A stretch of 64,000 nt of DNA from Negaprion brevirostris. Its lineage: Eukaryota. The stretch lies in NCBI GenBank assembly GCA_030324005.1, contig JARDVH010000163.1, positions 66,384,063-66,448,062 of the forward strand, written 5' to 3'. The number at the start of each line of letters is the position of its first letter. Position 1 is the first letter of the stretch. Under the pieces are notes generated by a model. The model saw nothing but the letters and a program-made list of their open reading frames with translations. It made no database searches and had not been told where the DNA came from. Both the position numbers and the translations under genes were made by a program. Below are positions 1-12,768 of this stretch, piece by piece.

Positions 1-675
1 ACACAAATGTCCTTGTTATTTAGGTGTTCCAGGGTTGGGTGCAGGGCCAGAGAAGTGGCATCTATAATGGACTTGTTGCGGCGGTAGGCAAACTGTAGTG
101 GATCCAAGTAGTCCAGCAGGCTGGAATTGATACGTGCCATGACTAACCTTTTGAAGCACTTCATAATGATGGATGTCAGAGCCACTGGCTGATAATCATT
201 AAGACAAGCTGCTTGCTTTTTTTTAGGTACCGGGATGATGGACACCATCTTGAAGCAGATAGGGACCTCAGATTGTTGTAAAGAGAGGTTGAAGATGTCT
301 GTGAATACCTCCACCAGCTGATCCGAACAGGATCTAACTGCACATCCAGATACCCTATCCGGGCAAGTTGCTTTCCGTGGGTTGACCTTCAAGAAAGCTG
401 CTCTGACATCTGCAATGGTGATCCCAATTACAGGTTCATCCAGGACTTCCCGGGTGGGGGGCATGCTCTTACTGACCTCTTGCTCAAAACAGGCGTAGAA
501 TGCATTGAGCTCATCGGGGAGGGGTGCTTTGGAGCTGGCGATGTTACATGCCTTCATCTTGTAGCCTGTTATGTCTTGCAGACCTTGCCATAGTCGGCGG
601 GGATCGGTGTGGCTAGCCTGGGACACTAGATTGGTCCAATGTTGTCTTTTGGCATCTTTGCTGGATCTCCTTAAT
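1..675 (-). mobile_element. Rex1/Babar-type LINE ORF2 fragment
   Basis: Minus strand encodes ...CFKRLVMARINSSLLDYLDPLQFAYRRNKSIIDA..., the RT-proximal LDPLQFAYR motif typical of Rex/Babar. Confidence 0.75.
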
Positions 676-900
676 CCCATGGGCTTCAACTTTTAACAAG
701 TCCGTTATGCAGTCCTTTAACAATCATCTTTTGGAAGCTAAAATGTACCACATCAACAGCAATGCTCTTATCAACCCTTTTCATTATGTCAAATAACTCG
801 ATCACAAATCCATGCTAACTTTTATTAGCCTGTACTTCCTAAATGCCAATTCATTTTATCTGAGAATATTGTATGTAAAATGTGCACCATTCTGTAGACC
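676..900 (-). mobile_element. Degraded CR1 LINE RT fragment
   Basis: Minus-strand remnant of the VDVVY.DFQKAFD motif (gttgatgtggtacattttagcttccaaaag). Confidence 0.55.
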
Positions 901-1180
901 TGTAGTTATCCAGTCAAATTTTCTTCCCTCTTTAAATTAGGATTTTAAGATTTGCAATCCTCCTGTGCTCTGGAATCACAGCATGGGTTGTGCCCACCCT
1001 GCACTTCTGAATTACTGACTATGTCAGCTATGGAGCACACCCAAAAGGAAATCTCCCCATTCCCTAAATCATTACATTGTATGTACTAAGGTGAAATGGG
1101 GCTACAATCAGCCAATGCTCATTAGCTCCATCAATATTAACTTGTTCATGTGTAAACAATCCCCACAGCTATTTGCTAAC

Positions 1181-1363
1181 CCTCTCTCAACTTCTTTCTT
1201 GGCTTGCTCCTTGTCTTTGTGTAACTCCTCCTTCTCATCTTCGAGATGATCTCGCTGGTGTTGCAGATCACTATTCACTGTTTTCAGCTGCTCCACTTCC
1301 AGCTGCAAGTTGTCGATTTGCTGGTTCAGCGAATGCACCAACTTTTCCAAATTGCCTTTCTCA
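1181..1363 (-). CDS. crocc2: CROCC2-like coding exon K; the gene continues beyond the window start
   Basis: ccttttag|T GAG...GG|gttag, 183 bp, phase 2-2. Encodes EKGNLEKLVHSL...LQHQRDHLEDEKEELHKDKEQAKKEVER. Confidence 0.92.
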
Positions 1364-3069
1364 CTAAAAGGAGGAAAAAGACACAGGAAAAAGGACATTT
1401 TGAATGAATATTATCAACATTGCCTGTGACTCATAACTGTTAACAACAGAGAAGTGTCAGTATTCGTGTTCATGATCAATTATAGTGGCACAGATGCAAT
1501 TCAGACAACTGGGGATTCATGTGATTGAGTGCTGCAGTATTCTCTAAAAGGAAGACGCAGGAAATACTGATTTCTTATAGCAAATGACTTTCTAACCGTT
1601 AGCTCTATAGATTGAAAATAATGGGCTACAATTACAAAGTTTTGTGACCTATAATCTCTGGGAGGGGGGCAGGTTTGCTCACTTGGTTAGATGGCTAACG
1701 TTTGGTTCAGAATTAAAGCAAAGTTTCAGTTCCCATTCGAACTGTGGTAGACTTGAGATTTGCCTCCAGCCCTGCCCTCCTCAACAAAAGACAATGACAA
1801 AGCACCACTGACAGAAGTGACCAAGAAAACAGCTCAGGATGAATCAGCCAAGGGTCTACCTTTGGGCAGAAGACTAATGGAATGGAATTGGTGCTTCTGA
1901 CAGTGCTCTAAATTCTTGAGTCAGGAGGTTGTAGGTTTAAGTCCTGCTCTGAGACTGGGGCACATAATCTCAGCTAATATTTCAGGCTGAAGATTTTTCT
2001 AGATGCAAGGACTGGTCACATTTGACCTAACATTTAGAGACAGCTTTGAGCTATGCACAGGTGTTGTCGAGATAGGATTGGAAGGTATTGTAATTGGCAG
2101 TCCCCTGCTCTCTAAGCAGTATGTGTAAACCTTCTTAGTGAAGGTCTGCAAAGACCAAATAAATTTAACTGATTAGTTTGTTTTATTAAACCTTTCCTAA
2201 ATTGGTTCAAAAGCTGATGAAATTAGGTTGACTTTAAATAGTTGTGCTTATTGCTGGAAAAGGGTATTTGAAGATAAACTTGTTTGCCAAGTTAGTCTGT
2301 TACAAAAAAGTGGCACAACTGAAATCAATNNNNNNNNNNNNNNNNNNNNNNNNNNNNNNNNNNNNNNNNNNNNNNNNNNNNNNNNNNNNNNNNNNNNNNN
2401 NNNNNNNNNNNNNNNNNNNNNNNNNNNNNGAAATCAATCTTCTGAAATGGTCATTGGCCTGAAACATTAGCTCTGTTTTTTTCTCTCTCTCTCCACCAGT
2501 GCTGTCTGACCTGCTGAGCATTTCCAGTATTTCCTGCCTTACATCTTCTGAAGTGATGTCCGTATGCATCAGAAGTCTCATGCGTAACCTAGGAGCAATT
2601 AATGTGTCCGCTCGTCCAGGGTATGCAAATAACTCTGAGCACAACATTCCTTTTTACTTTATAGGAAGGCTGGGTTTTGTTGGTGACAGGTTACACATTG
2701 GCTCTCTTAAGGGGACATGATTAAGATCTATAAATCACGCGTGACATTTATGAATTTGAATTGTTTTGAAAATCAAATAAGACTCTATTTGGAATGTGAG
2801 GCAAAACACAACAATCTTACGAGGTGTCCTGTCCACTAAGCTGCACTGCCATCTCTACAAAGAGACTTTGAGTTTCCAATTGGCAGAAATCTATTTCCAG
2901 TTGCACAAGCGTTCACATGAATACTCTCTACGCTCTCAGAACTAACAGGAAATGTTTCTTAATTTTACTTGGACGTACAAAGTAGCATTCTCTGTTTAAA
3001 CCCATTTCCAATTAACTTTCTGGACAACAATGAGGAAATTGACTCAAATTCAGTGATGATCACTGGCTG

Positions 3070-3210
3070 CCAGCTGTGGCTCAGTGTCAGAAGGTTATGG
3101 GTCCAAGTTCCATTGCAGTTATGAAGCATAAATACCTAGGCTGACACAACTCTGTGGTACTGAGAGAGTTCTGCATTATTGGAGGTGCCAGCTTTATAGA
3201 TGAGATCTTG
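3070..3210 (+). mobile_element. Deu/SacSINE-like SINE fragment; related copies near 1890-1985, 23630-23765(-), 32160-32350(-), 44670-45100, 57110-57460(-), 62400-62620(-)
   Basis: tRNA-like head (gctgtggctcagt...gtcagaaggttatgggtccaagt) followed by ctaggctgacac...gtactgagagagttctgcattattggaggtgcc core. Confidence 0.5.
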
Positions 3211-4049
3211 ACATTTCTACTCCATAGGAGATCTGCATGTCTGTGATCTCAGTTTGCAAAATACTTTAAATGGCTAGGATGGTGTGGGGGAGATGGGGAG
3301 GAATTGTATGGAGCTGCAGTGATTTTGCTCTCATTGTGATCCTGCTGCTAGGGCACTATCCCAGCCTTGGAAGCAGAAATGGAGAGGCTGCTTGCTTCAG
3401 GGAAGTGGGCAGCCAATTTTCATATACAAAGGTCCAATTAGGGACCATTTTATAGTTAATATTTGCTGAAGGCAGAGCAAACTCCAAAACATGGGGAGGC
3501 CGCCAGTTAAATGGAGGCAGCCTTCCTGTGGCAGCCGGAGTACCAGATAGATGTCCCTAAGACTAGCAGACCGGGAAAGAAAGAAGGCAGCCTCCTGTAC
3601 CCTCAACAATCTCCTTGCTGGAGTTTCCACTTTGACACTAATTTTTTTTGGTTTACTTANNNNNNNNNNNNNNNNNNNNNNNNNNNNNNNNNAAGTAACA
3701 CTGCTGAGGTAATCACTGAGCAAGCAGCATGGAGAAGTCACAGGCTAGATCAGGTGGTGGGTCTGCAGACAGCCAATCAGCAGGAGGCTGCTGCTGACCG
3801 TTGCAGGCTTGGGACTCACTTTTCACCGATACTGGGGCACCCATGAACCTCGTGAAATTTAATCAATGTCTTCACTTCACAAGTGGATGGTGTCACTTGC
3901 AAAAGATGAAACCTGGATTCAGTTACCTCACTTTGATGATATCTTGAAATAGTGGAAACCTCCATTTAAAGCTCATTGGCATATCCCTGAATTAAGCGCT
4001 AACAAAGTTTCTTCATTGTGTCTTTTCCAAGCAGAATGCCAACGCTCAC

Positions 4050-4249
4050 CTTCCAATGATTTCCAGAGAGGATCGGTAGCGGGCAGCATCTCTCCTGGCA
4101 TCATCCTTGGCTCGGCTTGAATCATCAGCTTCATCTTTCAGCTTTACCATCCTCTGCTCCAGGAGCCTCCGTTCACTCTCACTCTCCCCCAGCTGCTTCT
4201 TCAAAGAGCCCACTACGTCCTGAACAGCATTCAATTTTCCACGAAACTC
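4050..4249 (-). CDS. crocc2: CROCC2-like coding exon J
   Basis: ttcctcag|GAG...AG|gtgag, 200 bp, phase 0-2. Encodes EFRGKLNAVQDVVGSLKKQLGESESERRLLEQ...SLEIIG(S). Confidence 0.93.
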
Positions 4250-5234
4250 CTGAGGAAATGGCCACACTTCACTGATTTTAAACTGACTTGCCTCTTGCAT
4301 AGCCGTTTACAGTATATTATACAAGCAGAATCAACCTTCTAAAATTTCTTGCCGTCTTTTTAAAAGTCATGAAGTTTCAAAGAAGGATGTGCAACATCCA
4401 TAAATTTCTGCCTTTACTAATTTTATTCACAGTTGCACCTGAGTAAGCCACTGAGGTTGATAACAAAACTGAATGGAACTGCTATCACCACAAGTCCAGT
4501 TGGTGTAACAGGCACAGTGAATAATGACTGAGCACTAAGTAAACTACAAAAGGGTATGTGTAGGGGAAGCTTTACTTTGTATCTAACTCATATTTCCCCG
4601 AATTTCAGAGTCTCTGATTGCAGGGAGACCTTTATTCCAGGAAGAGTATTAACCTTTACTTGCCCAGCGAAAACTGGGCCAATTAAAAAATAACACGCTT
4701 GTTCCACTTATAACCTGACCATTGCTCATATCAATTTGTTGAGTTTGCAGGCATGACGTGACTGCCTAAATTCACGCAAGTTGGAGTCTTATTATATGAT
4801 GAGGACCACAATGCAATTTTTAACTGGGCCCAAGTGGGGGAGTTGCATAGCTTTCCTGCACGGACAAAGTAGTCTGTGGTTAATCTGAGGACAGAAATGG
4901 ACTTTCAGTTAAGCCTAGAACTTTCCTTTGTAGGGGTGGGAGCAGTGGGAGTGCTCCTTTGGGCCCCATAAATTAAGTTTTTGCATCCCCTGCCCCAGGC
5001 CTTTCCTCCGTGAAGCCCTTCTGAAAACCTCGCTCTGTGACTTATCTGGAGTCCTTAGCTGCACAGTCTTCACCTGCTCGAGCTCTGTGTCCTTCCAGTA
5101 GAAAGTGGACGGGTGGTCTTTATGTCAGGTCTTACAATTAAAGCTTTCCAATTCCTGCTGTCTTTGTCTGGCAGGAAATCAACCTGTTGGAGCAGTTTCC
5201 CAATGGAAACCCATTGTCAATTAAAATTGGCCTC

Positions 5235-5405
5235 TCTGTAACTAACCAATGCTGTACTTCCCTGAGTGTTTTATGGGACAGTGTTGGGGAGCTTTACCCT
5301 GTACTGGACCTTTGCAGTCATTTTCAGATTAGGAGTCTTTGATGGGGCAGTGTAGAGTAAGTTTAACTGTGCATCTAATCTGTGTTAGAGTTACTAGGGA
5401 ATTGT
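5235..5405 (+). repeat. About 2.5 degenerate copies of a ~69-bp shark tandem/satellite unit
   Basis: Repeated gggacagtgt.g.gggagcttta..ctgta.ct.ac...tgctgtac...ggagtgtttgatg; single copies at ~4555-4625 and ~58160-58220. Confidence 0.6.
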
Positions 5406-8400
5406 CACGACTAATACTACATTCAAAAGGTGCATAAGAAGCCTGCTTATCTGAAATGAGACTTATACTATGATTGAACATGTTCAGTGCACCCCACCCC
5501 AGCAATAGTGTGACAGGGACAGATATCAATAAATCCCTCCATAATAATGCAACATTGAGTTGTAATGTGATAGCTCACAAATAATAACTGTGACTGGTAC
5601 TGCCAGAAAGTCTGAGTTGCTGAGACAACATGCTCCATTACATGCATGTTGTGACTGGAACTATGGACCCTAATGGCAGGGGCTTTCTTTCCATCTTCAT
5701 GGTTGACCAGGAATTTCTCCCATTCTTACCACCCACCTTTGGTGTGTATTGGAGGAACTTGCAGGATGATAATCAACCTGATTTTGCCATGTTATGAATG
5801 CACCTTCCTCGGCCATCATGGGACTTCAACTCTGAGCTCATGGCTCAGAGGCAGAGATTCAATCCATTGTGTCACAGGACTTCCTAATAACTGTGAAGGG
5901 ACCCTTTAAAGTTTTGATTTTGTTTTTTTCTAAAATATGCAGCTTTGTAGTGCCAGTGAGCTGTTGTCTATTAAATGTATAAAGAGTGCAATTGTGATCA
6001 AAGCAGCCAGGCCAATAACTCATTCCCCTGTTTGACAGGGCTGACAGGTAAAGGCTAATTGCAATGGCCCAAGACTTATAATACTGCTGGGCTAGATTTC
6101 AAGGCAACTGAGGAAATCCTTTAACCAATTTTTAACCCTTTGCCGCTCCAACCCCAGAGATCAGCATTAGACAGTTTAGATTGGGAATTTTGGTCTCATA
6201 TGTGTAGCTGTCGCATTGGATTTGAGAAGCAAGATAATTGTTAATGCAATAGCACTCTGACTGAGAGTGAGTTACAGCTTCAGGGTTCTGCCAAAAAAGA
6301 ACACTGCTGTGAATTTAAAATCACAAAGGCAGTTGCCTTGTATGAAGCAGCCCCTAGTATGACTTGGGTGCAGTCAATGATGCCATGAATCTGTGGGAAA
6401 CCTGCAACTCATGTAGCTCTATTTATACAGCTCCATCCTGCTGCTTCCTGACATCAAAAGAAGGAATGAAAGTAATTGCTTTAACCTCATCACTAATCTA
6501 GCACTACAGCCTGAGACTCTAACAGACCTATTGCTGACTTAAATTAAAGCCTTGCCTCTGATCTTGTGCTTTATTCCTATTTCCAGCAGCTGTAACAGTA
6601 TTTCTAATTTAGTGTTATAATCCCAACTCTGACCATGTCTTCCTGCTTGTTGTGTATCCACTCTGGGTGTTTTGCCTGACAAAATTATTCCAAGAATGTT
6701 ATGAGTGCAGGATAACATAGCTCAATGTAGCTGACTGTTCGTCCCCTTTAGCTCAGCTATGCTGTGGTCAGTGTTAGCATCCCTACCTGATGTAAAACTT
6801 TGTTAGTGCAGATAGGGGTAAAGATTAAACTAGGGCATACCATTTTATCAGTCAGCCTGTTGGATAAATCTACTTGATTTTTTTTCTCCTGTTTTGATAT
6901 TGCTTCCCTCCACCTCACTCAGNNNNNNNNNNNNNNNNNNNNNAAAGAGGAAATCTGCCGTATGGTTTCTGACGATAGTTCTCCAGCTGTGTATCTAAGA
7001 TGATCACCCAAGGTATCTCTCCCAACAGTCCTCCCTCAGTAATCCCTGCTCCACATCTTACATATTAGCTTCACTAGCACAAAACTCCTTGTCTCCTGCT
7101 CAATGTTGAAGGAAATTCTTGCTTAACAATGGCAGTTAAAGGTTAACATCAGATAGTGCAGATTTGTTCACTCCCTCTGGGTCGAATGTGTGTCACACTA
7201 AATTAATGCATGATGCCCCACTAATTGCCAGTAAAATATTATTCAAGCTCCATAATCCTTCTTACTAATTCTAAATTCGAATCACTCAACAGACTGAGCA
7301 TCAAATCGGTTCAGCTATTTTCATCTCATTAAATGCAATTGAAAAGCAGACAACTTAAAATACTTTCCCTCAACCTTTTTGGATTGCAGTTCACAGAATT
7401 ATTGTGCAATCTATTTTTTTTCCTCTCTTTTTAATAAGAACTATAAACAAGATTGTCACAGTAGTTAAAAGGTTTCAGTGTTTCCGTGGCCTTCACATCT
7501 TTGCAACCACAGGTATGCATGGCTGCCTTTGAACTTCTGTGAACAAAGTAGAAGGTGGGAGGTGGGAAGAAACTACAGTCTGAGCAGTTTATGGATCATG
7601 CAACCCACTGCAAAGCCACAATTTCTTTCCAGGAGGTATGAGCAGGCATTCAGAGATAAGCTGTGCTAACTATTTAACCTGTTCTTGCCCTTCATCTCTT
7701 ATCGAAAGAACTCTAGAGTTCAAGTAGCTATTGACAAAGACATGTCTCCTCTTTTTTTATCACTTCTTTTTTCTTTTAGTGTCAAATCTGTGATTCTCAA
7801 GGTGAAGAATATCAGGGCAAATTCTAATTTCAGCCATTTAGCACTGGCATCAAGCACTCACAAGCCAGTTACAGCATATTTTAGATATAGAGGATACTAC
7901 TGCAATAGCACTGAACTGAACCTCTGGACAATCAATTGAATGACTGAGTATAAGCAGTCAACCATGGCTTAGGATGTGTTACAACCTTCGTGGAGACAAG
8001 TAACTTTACAAAATGTACTCTCAGATATTAACTGAAAGAATTATGCCACAAGATTTCATGTTTTAAACAAAAATTGTTACAATGTAAGAGTCAAACAATG
8101 TAAGTGCTACTAACTTAGCACTAATTTCAAAGACACTTACTCTTTAAACCCAAATGTCTCAGTAGCACACTTCCAGTTCTACTTTTAATTCCACCCAAGA
8201 TTCCATATACATGATTAGATCTTGAGGGTTCCTTTTCTTCTCCCGAGACTAAACCAAGGTGTGCCACAGCTTTCAGAATTCACTTTGATTTTCTACAGTG
8301 CTCTCATTGTTCTGCGAGCTATGAGAATTCTTGGAGTTCTTTCATTAGCAATCCTTCAACTCTCCTTAAGCATCTCATAATTGTGGACACTCCAACTCTA

Positions 8401-8448
8401 CAAGTGCATCACCCACAGATCCTGAGCAGTGACCTTCTAAAGACTCAG

Positions 8449-8532
8449 AAAGAGGTCTCACAGCACCAGGTTTTAAAGTCCAACCTGGTTCTTTGGAATC
8501 ACGAGCTTTCAGAGCACTACTCCTTCATCAGG
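8449..8532 (-). ncRNA. Penelope pLTR tail with minimal hammerhead ribozyme core
   Basis: Minus strand: cCTGATGAaGGAGtagtgCTCTGAAAgcTCgtgattcc...gttggacttta..cctggtgctgtgagacctctt. Core and stem II are intact; stem I is imperfect. Confidence 0.7.
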
Positions 8533-8566
8533 ACTCAGTTGTTTAAAGGTCTTCCTCTTTACTCAC

Positions 8567-8818
8567 CTGCACCTGGAGTTCTCTTCTTTGTAGAGCTGAC
8601 TGGACTGCAGACAATGTGGAATCACCAAAAGATGGTGACATGCTGCGTAATGGAGACTGGGAACGGGTAGGTGATCTGCGCCTGTGAGGGGAAGGCGTGC
8701 GCAACACTGGTGACCCAGACAGGTGGGGTGAGCTGAGCTTTCCACTACCAGTCTCAGTCACTTCGGCAGCTGCTTCCCTGGAGAGGGAGCGCATAGACTC
8801 GGCATCAGCAACAGCAAC
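8567..8818 (-). CDS. crocc2: CROCC2-like coding exon I (Ser/Pro/Arg-rich linker)
   Basis: ttcatag|GTT...CAG|gtgagt, 252 bp, phase 0-0. Encodes VAVADAES...RTPSPHRRRSPTRSQSP...DSTLSAVQSALQRRELQVQ. Confidence 0.93.
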
Positions 8819-9450
8819 CTATGAATAAAAATCAGAATGACCAATGTAAATACTTACACATTTTAAACATTATCATTAAAAAGAGGTTACAGTTCCAGAT
8901 CATCTGAAAATTCAAGTCTGAACTTACTTCTCAGTCCCCAGATGATATTATTTAATCTCCAAGTCAGGGATTATACCTATTACAAGATGGCCTTCAACAT
9001 GCCTTCCATAACCAACAGGAAGACTGCCACTGCTGAGGAGGACAAGTTAGTGATAATGCATCATGATGAGCAGAAAACCCATTTAGGGTGGTTGGGGGTG
9101 ACAGAAGCACCCCAACAAAGCTCTGGAAGTCTTCAATGAGACCTTTTAGCTAAACATGTTTCATATCCCATATCCCACTCCACCTACTGAATCTCCTTAA
9201 ACAGCCCGTCTAACGTGCCCTAATGTGAACTCTATCCCCCTACTGAAGACCCTGGGGGAAAGTCCTGAATAAAGACTGCTAGTTCCACAAGGCAAGTTAT
9301 AGATTATTCACTCAGCCTTGTATCCCCAATATTCAACCTGAGCTGATGCTGTTTATAAGCGACCCTCTCTCCATGTGCTTCCATAACATTTTCATCTTTG
9401 AAGAGCTGATGGACAGATGAATTTCATGGATTTGACTCTTGTTTTTGTAC

Positions 9451-9549
9451 CTGAGCAATGTTGTGTAAGGCTTGACGTAAGGATTCTGTCTCATTCCACA
9501 GAGCTTCATTCTCCAAGGTTTCACTTGTAATTTCAGTTTTTCCCAATTC
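9451..9549 (-). CDS. crocc2: CROCC2-like coding exon H
   Basis: cacag|GAA...CAG|gtac, 99 bp, phase 0-0. Encodes ELGKTEITSETLENEALWNETESLRQALHNIAQ (cf. rootletin LQQTLRDLAQ). Confidence 0.85.
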
Positions 9550-9724
9550 CTGTGATCAGCCAGGTTTGAGAATTAGCAATCCACACATGAAGCAGGCGAG
9601 CTGTTAAAGGTTGGAGTGACAACAAATGCTTCCTCTCTTAACTGTTAATTAAAACTTCCCTGAAGACGACTGACAAGCAGTCATATCAGATTAAAAAGAC
9701 CATAATGAATTCAAGTAACATACA

Positions 9725-11795
9725 TATCGTTTCAAATCTGGATGACCTTTCATCAGAACTGAAAACAATAGAGAATAGGTTGATATTTATACTGCTGGGG
9801 TGAGGGGGTGGAGGGATTGATAAAGATGTCATACACAAAAAGACAAAAGGAATGTGGTGGTAATCATGGCTGAGAAGGGTGCTGATGGCAGCCCATGAAG
9901 AGATCAGAATGTGTTAATAGCAGAGCAACCGTAAGCAAAGTGTCAAAAGTTAACATGAGACATGTAATGGATGGCTAGAGTAGAGTGGGAGGGAGAGGAG
10001 ACTGTAGGGAGCAGGAAAAGATGGAAAGCAAGATTTAAAAAAGATGGAAACATGAAACAATGGAAGAAATAAAAATAAAATAATTTATAATATAAATAAA
10101 TAAGATAAAATGACATGAAGCAAAATAAACGGAAATGGGGTGAAGAAGAGAGTTCATGCTCTGAAGTTGTTGAACTCAACATTTGAAAGGCTGCAGAGTG
10201 CTTAATCAGGAGATGAGTTTCTCTTCCTCCAGTTTGCATTGGGCTTCACTAGAACATTGCAACAGGCCAAGGATGAACATGTGGTCAAGAGAGCAGGTGT
10301 GTTGAAATGACAAGCGAAAGGAAAGTCTGGATCCTGTTTGCGGGTGGGCCATAGGTATTCTGCAAAGTGGTCATCCAGTTTGTGTTTGGTCTCTCCAATG
10401 TAGAGTAGACCGCATTGGGAGCTACGAATGCAATAGACCAGATTGAAGGTGGTACATGTGAAATATTGCTTCACCTGAAAACAAATATTTAGGCCCTTGG
10501 ATGGTGACTAGGGAGGAGGAAAAGGGATAGGTGTCGCACCTTCTGCATTTGCATGGTAAGGTGCAATGGGCAGGTGGTGAAGGTTGGGTTGATGGAGGAG
10601 TGGACCAAGGTGTCCTGGAGGGAATGGTTCATACGGATGCTGACAGGAGGAATGGAGGGAAGATATGTTTGGTGCTGATATCATGCTAGAGTAGGCGGAA
10701 ATAGTGGAGGATGATCCTTTGAATGCGGAGGCTGATATGGTGAAAAGTGGGGACAAGGGAGACCCTATCCTGCTTCTGGGAAGGAGAGGGGATGCGAGCA
10801 GTGTTGAAGGCCTATGAGTATAATTTTTGCTTTGGTCTGACCCATCTCCCATGCCACTGCAACTCTAACATACCATCCTGCTCTCACGTCCACATGTCCA
10901 CTCTTGGCCTGTTGCAATGTTATGGAGATGCTGGCGTTGGACTGGGGTAAGCACAGTAAGAAGTCTCACAACACCAGGTTAAAGTCCAACAGATTTATTT
11001 GGCACTAGCTTTTGGAGTCTCAGGAGCCTTCATCATGTGAATGAGGACTTATGTTCACAAACAGATCATATACAGACACAAACTCAATTTACAACTTAAT
11101 GGTTGGAACGCGAGTTTACAGATAATCAAGTCTTAAAGGTAAGTCAGCCTGAATCTATGGCCGCTTTCACCATCTGGAACTGTCAGTCAGGTATTGTGAC
11201 GGTTTCAGATGGTGAAAGCGGCCACAGACTCAGGCTGACTTACCTTTAAGACTTGATTACCTGTAAAGACTCGCATTCCAACCATTAACTTGTAAATTGA
11301 GTTTGTGTTTGTGTATGATCTGTTTGTGAACGTAAGTACTCACCTGATGAAGGAGCCTGACACTCCGAATACCATTGCCAATTAAACCTGTTGGACATTA
11401 ACCTGATGTTGCAAGACCTCTTACTGTTGCAAAGTTCCAGTGAAGCCCAACACGAACTGGAGGACCGGCACCTGATATTTGATTTGGCACTTTACATCCT
11501 TCCAGACTGAACACTGAGTTCATCAAATTCGGAGCATGAAATCTCCCCTCCACCTTCACTCCATTTCTATTTATTTTATTTCATTTTGTTTTATCTTTAT
11601 TTGTATATCTTTCAAAAAAAACTCATTTCTTTCATTGTTTCATTTTTAACTTTTTAAAAATCCTGCTTTCCACCTTCACCCAAGAATCGCAGCATTAGCT
11701 CTATTCTCTCTCCACATAAGCTGCCAGACCTGATGAGATTTTCCAGCACTTTCTGTTTTGTATCAGATTCCAGCATCCACAGTAATTTGCTTTTA
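9725..11795. mobile_element. Penelope-like element with inverted ends (GIY-YIG C-terminus), hosting a nested insertion
   Basis: Minus ORF 10202-10474 FTCTTFNLVYCIRSSQCGLLYIGETK (GIY-YIG). The same C-terminus and 3' tail recur on the plus strand at ~10850-11795. Hammerhead-like CTGATGA..GAAA at 9728-9760(-). Confidence 0.85.
10922..11426. mobile_element. Palindromic Penelope pLTR-derived insertion (second family)
   Basis: Inverted arms ~10954-11184 and ~11197-11426, each with a degenerate hammerhead core. Flanked by tgttgcaatgtt (10910-10921) and tgttgcaaagtt (11425-11436). Confidence 0.85.
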
Positions 11796-12329
11796 ACATA
11801 TATCATAGCAAGAACATGGAGAAAGCCATCTGTGTTGCACAAGGTTCTAAGCCCGGGGGCTTTGTTCAACTCATGAAAGAAAACTTAAAAATATCTTGGA
11901 AATATTTGAAAAAGCAGAGATAATTTTACAGTAGGAACAGATAAAGTAGCCAAACACATCTCAAAATTTCCATTCCGTTCTCCCATCCTCTGCCAAAACA
12001 CGCTGCCTCTTGTAGGAACACACTTTCAAGGTTGCCGTTGCCTCTCATTAGACAGTGAGTGCTGCATGCTATTCCATCATGGAAGGCCTCAATGCCAAGC
12101 CCAATCTAAGGCAACTGCTTCAATGGTCATTCCTCAAGGCCTTGCAGGTTTCACCTGATCTCTAGTGTCCAAAGAGACAGTGGTCTATTTGATCTCCCAG
12201 AGTCCCATTACCATGAGAATAATGACTAGAGATGGTTGAATATACTGTCAGGCATGGCATAACTACAACATATTGCCAGCCAGTTCAGTCAACATGCAGC
12301 AGAAAATAGCCCTGGCAGAAAAGATTTTG

Positions 12330-12463
12330 GCTGGGATTCTTCAATCTTGTTCATCCCGCCACTGCTGCCAATGAGAACGTGGAATTTGGCAATCAGCCAA
12401 ATCTCCATTCCCTGCAGCAGAACCAAAGAACCCCAGTCACAGGCGAGGTCAGAGAATTCCGCT
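12330..12463. mobile_element. Harbinger-type MITE
   Basis: Imperfect inverted termini ggctgggattct...agaattccgc around a short internal segment. Confidence 0.5.
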
Positions 12464-12768
12464 TGTTATCTTTAGAAGAAAATAATTTTTTTTCAAATTG
12501 TTTTGGTTATACTGATATTTTGGATTTGAAATATTACTTCCGTTACTTAGAATCATCTTTCAGTGGTTTGCATATTGCCACTTCCCTTGACAGTGGAATA
12601 TTGTTTTAAAATGAATACCAATGACCTTGAATTTCCTGTCATGGTTGTATTCAAGAGTGTTTTGGACAATATACCCAAAGGGCTGACTGGACTATCCTGT
12701 TCCTAATTTCTTATGTTCTTTTGCTATTCACCCTACAAGGTTATAGAGTAGCCACAGCACTTATTTAC

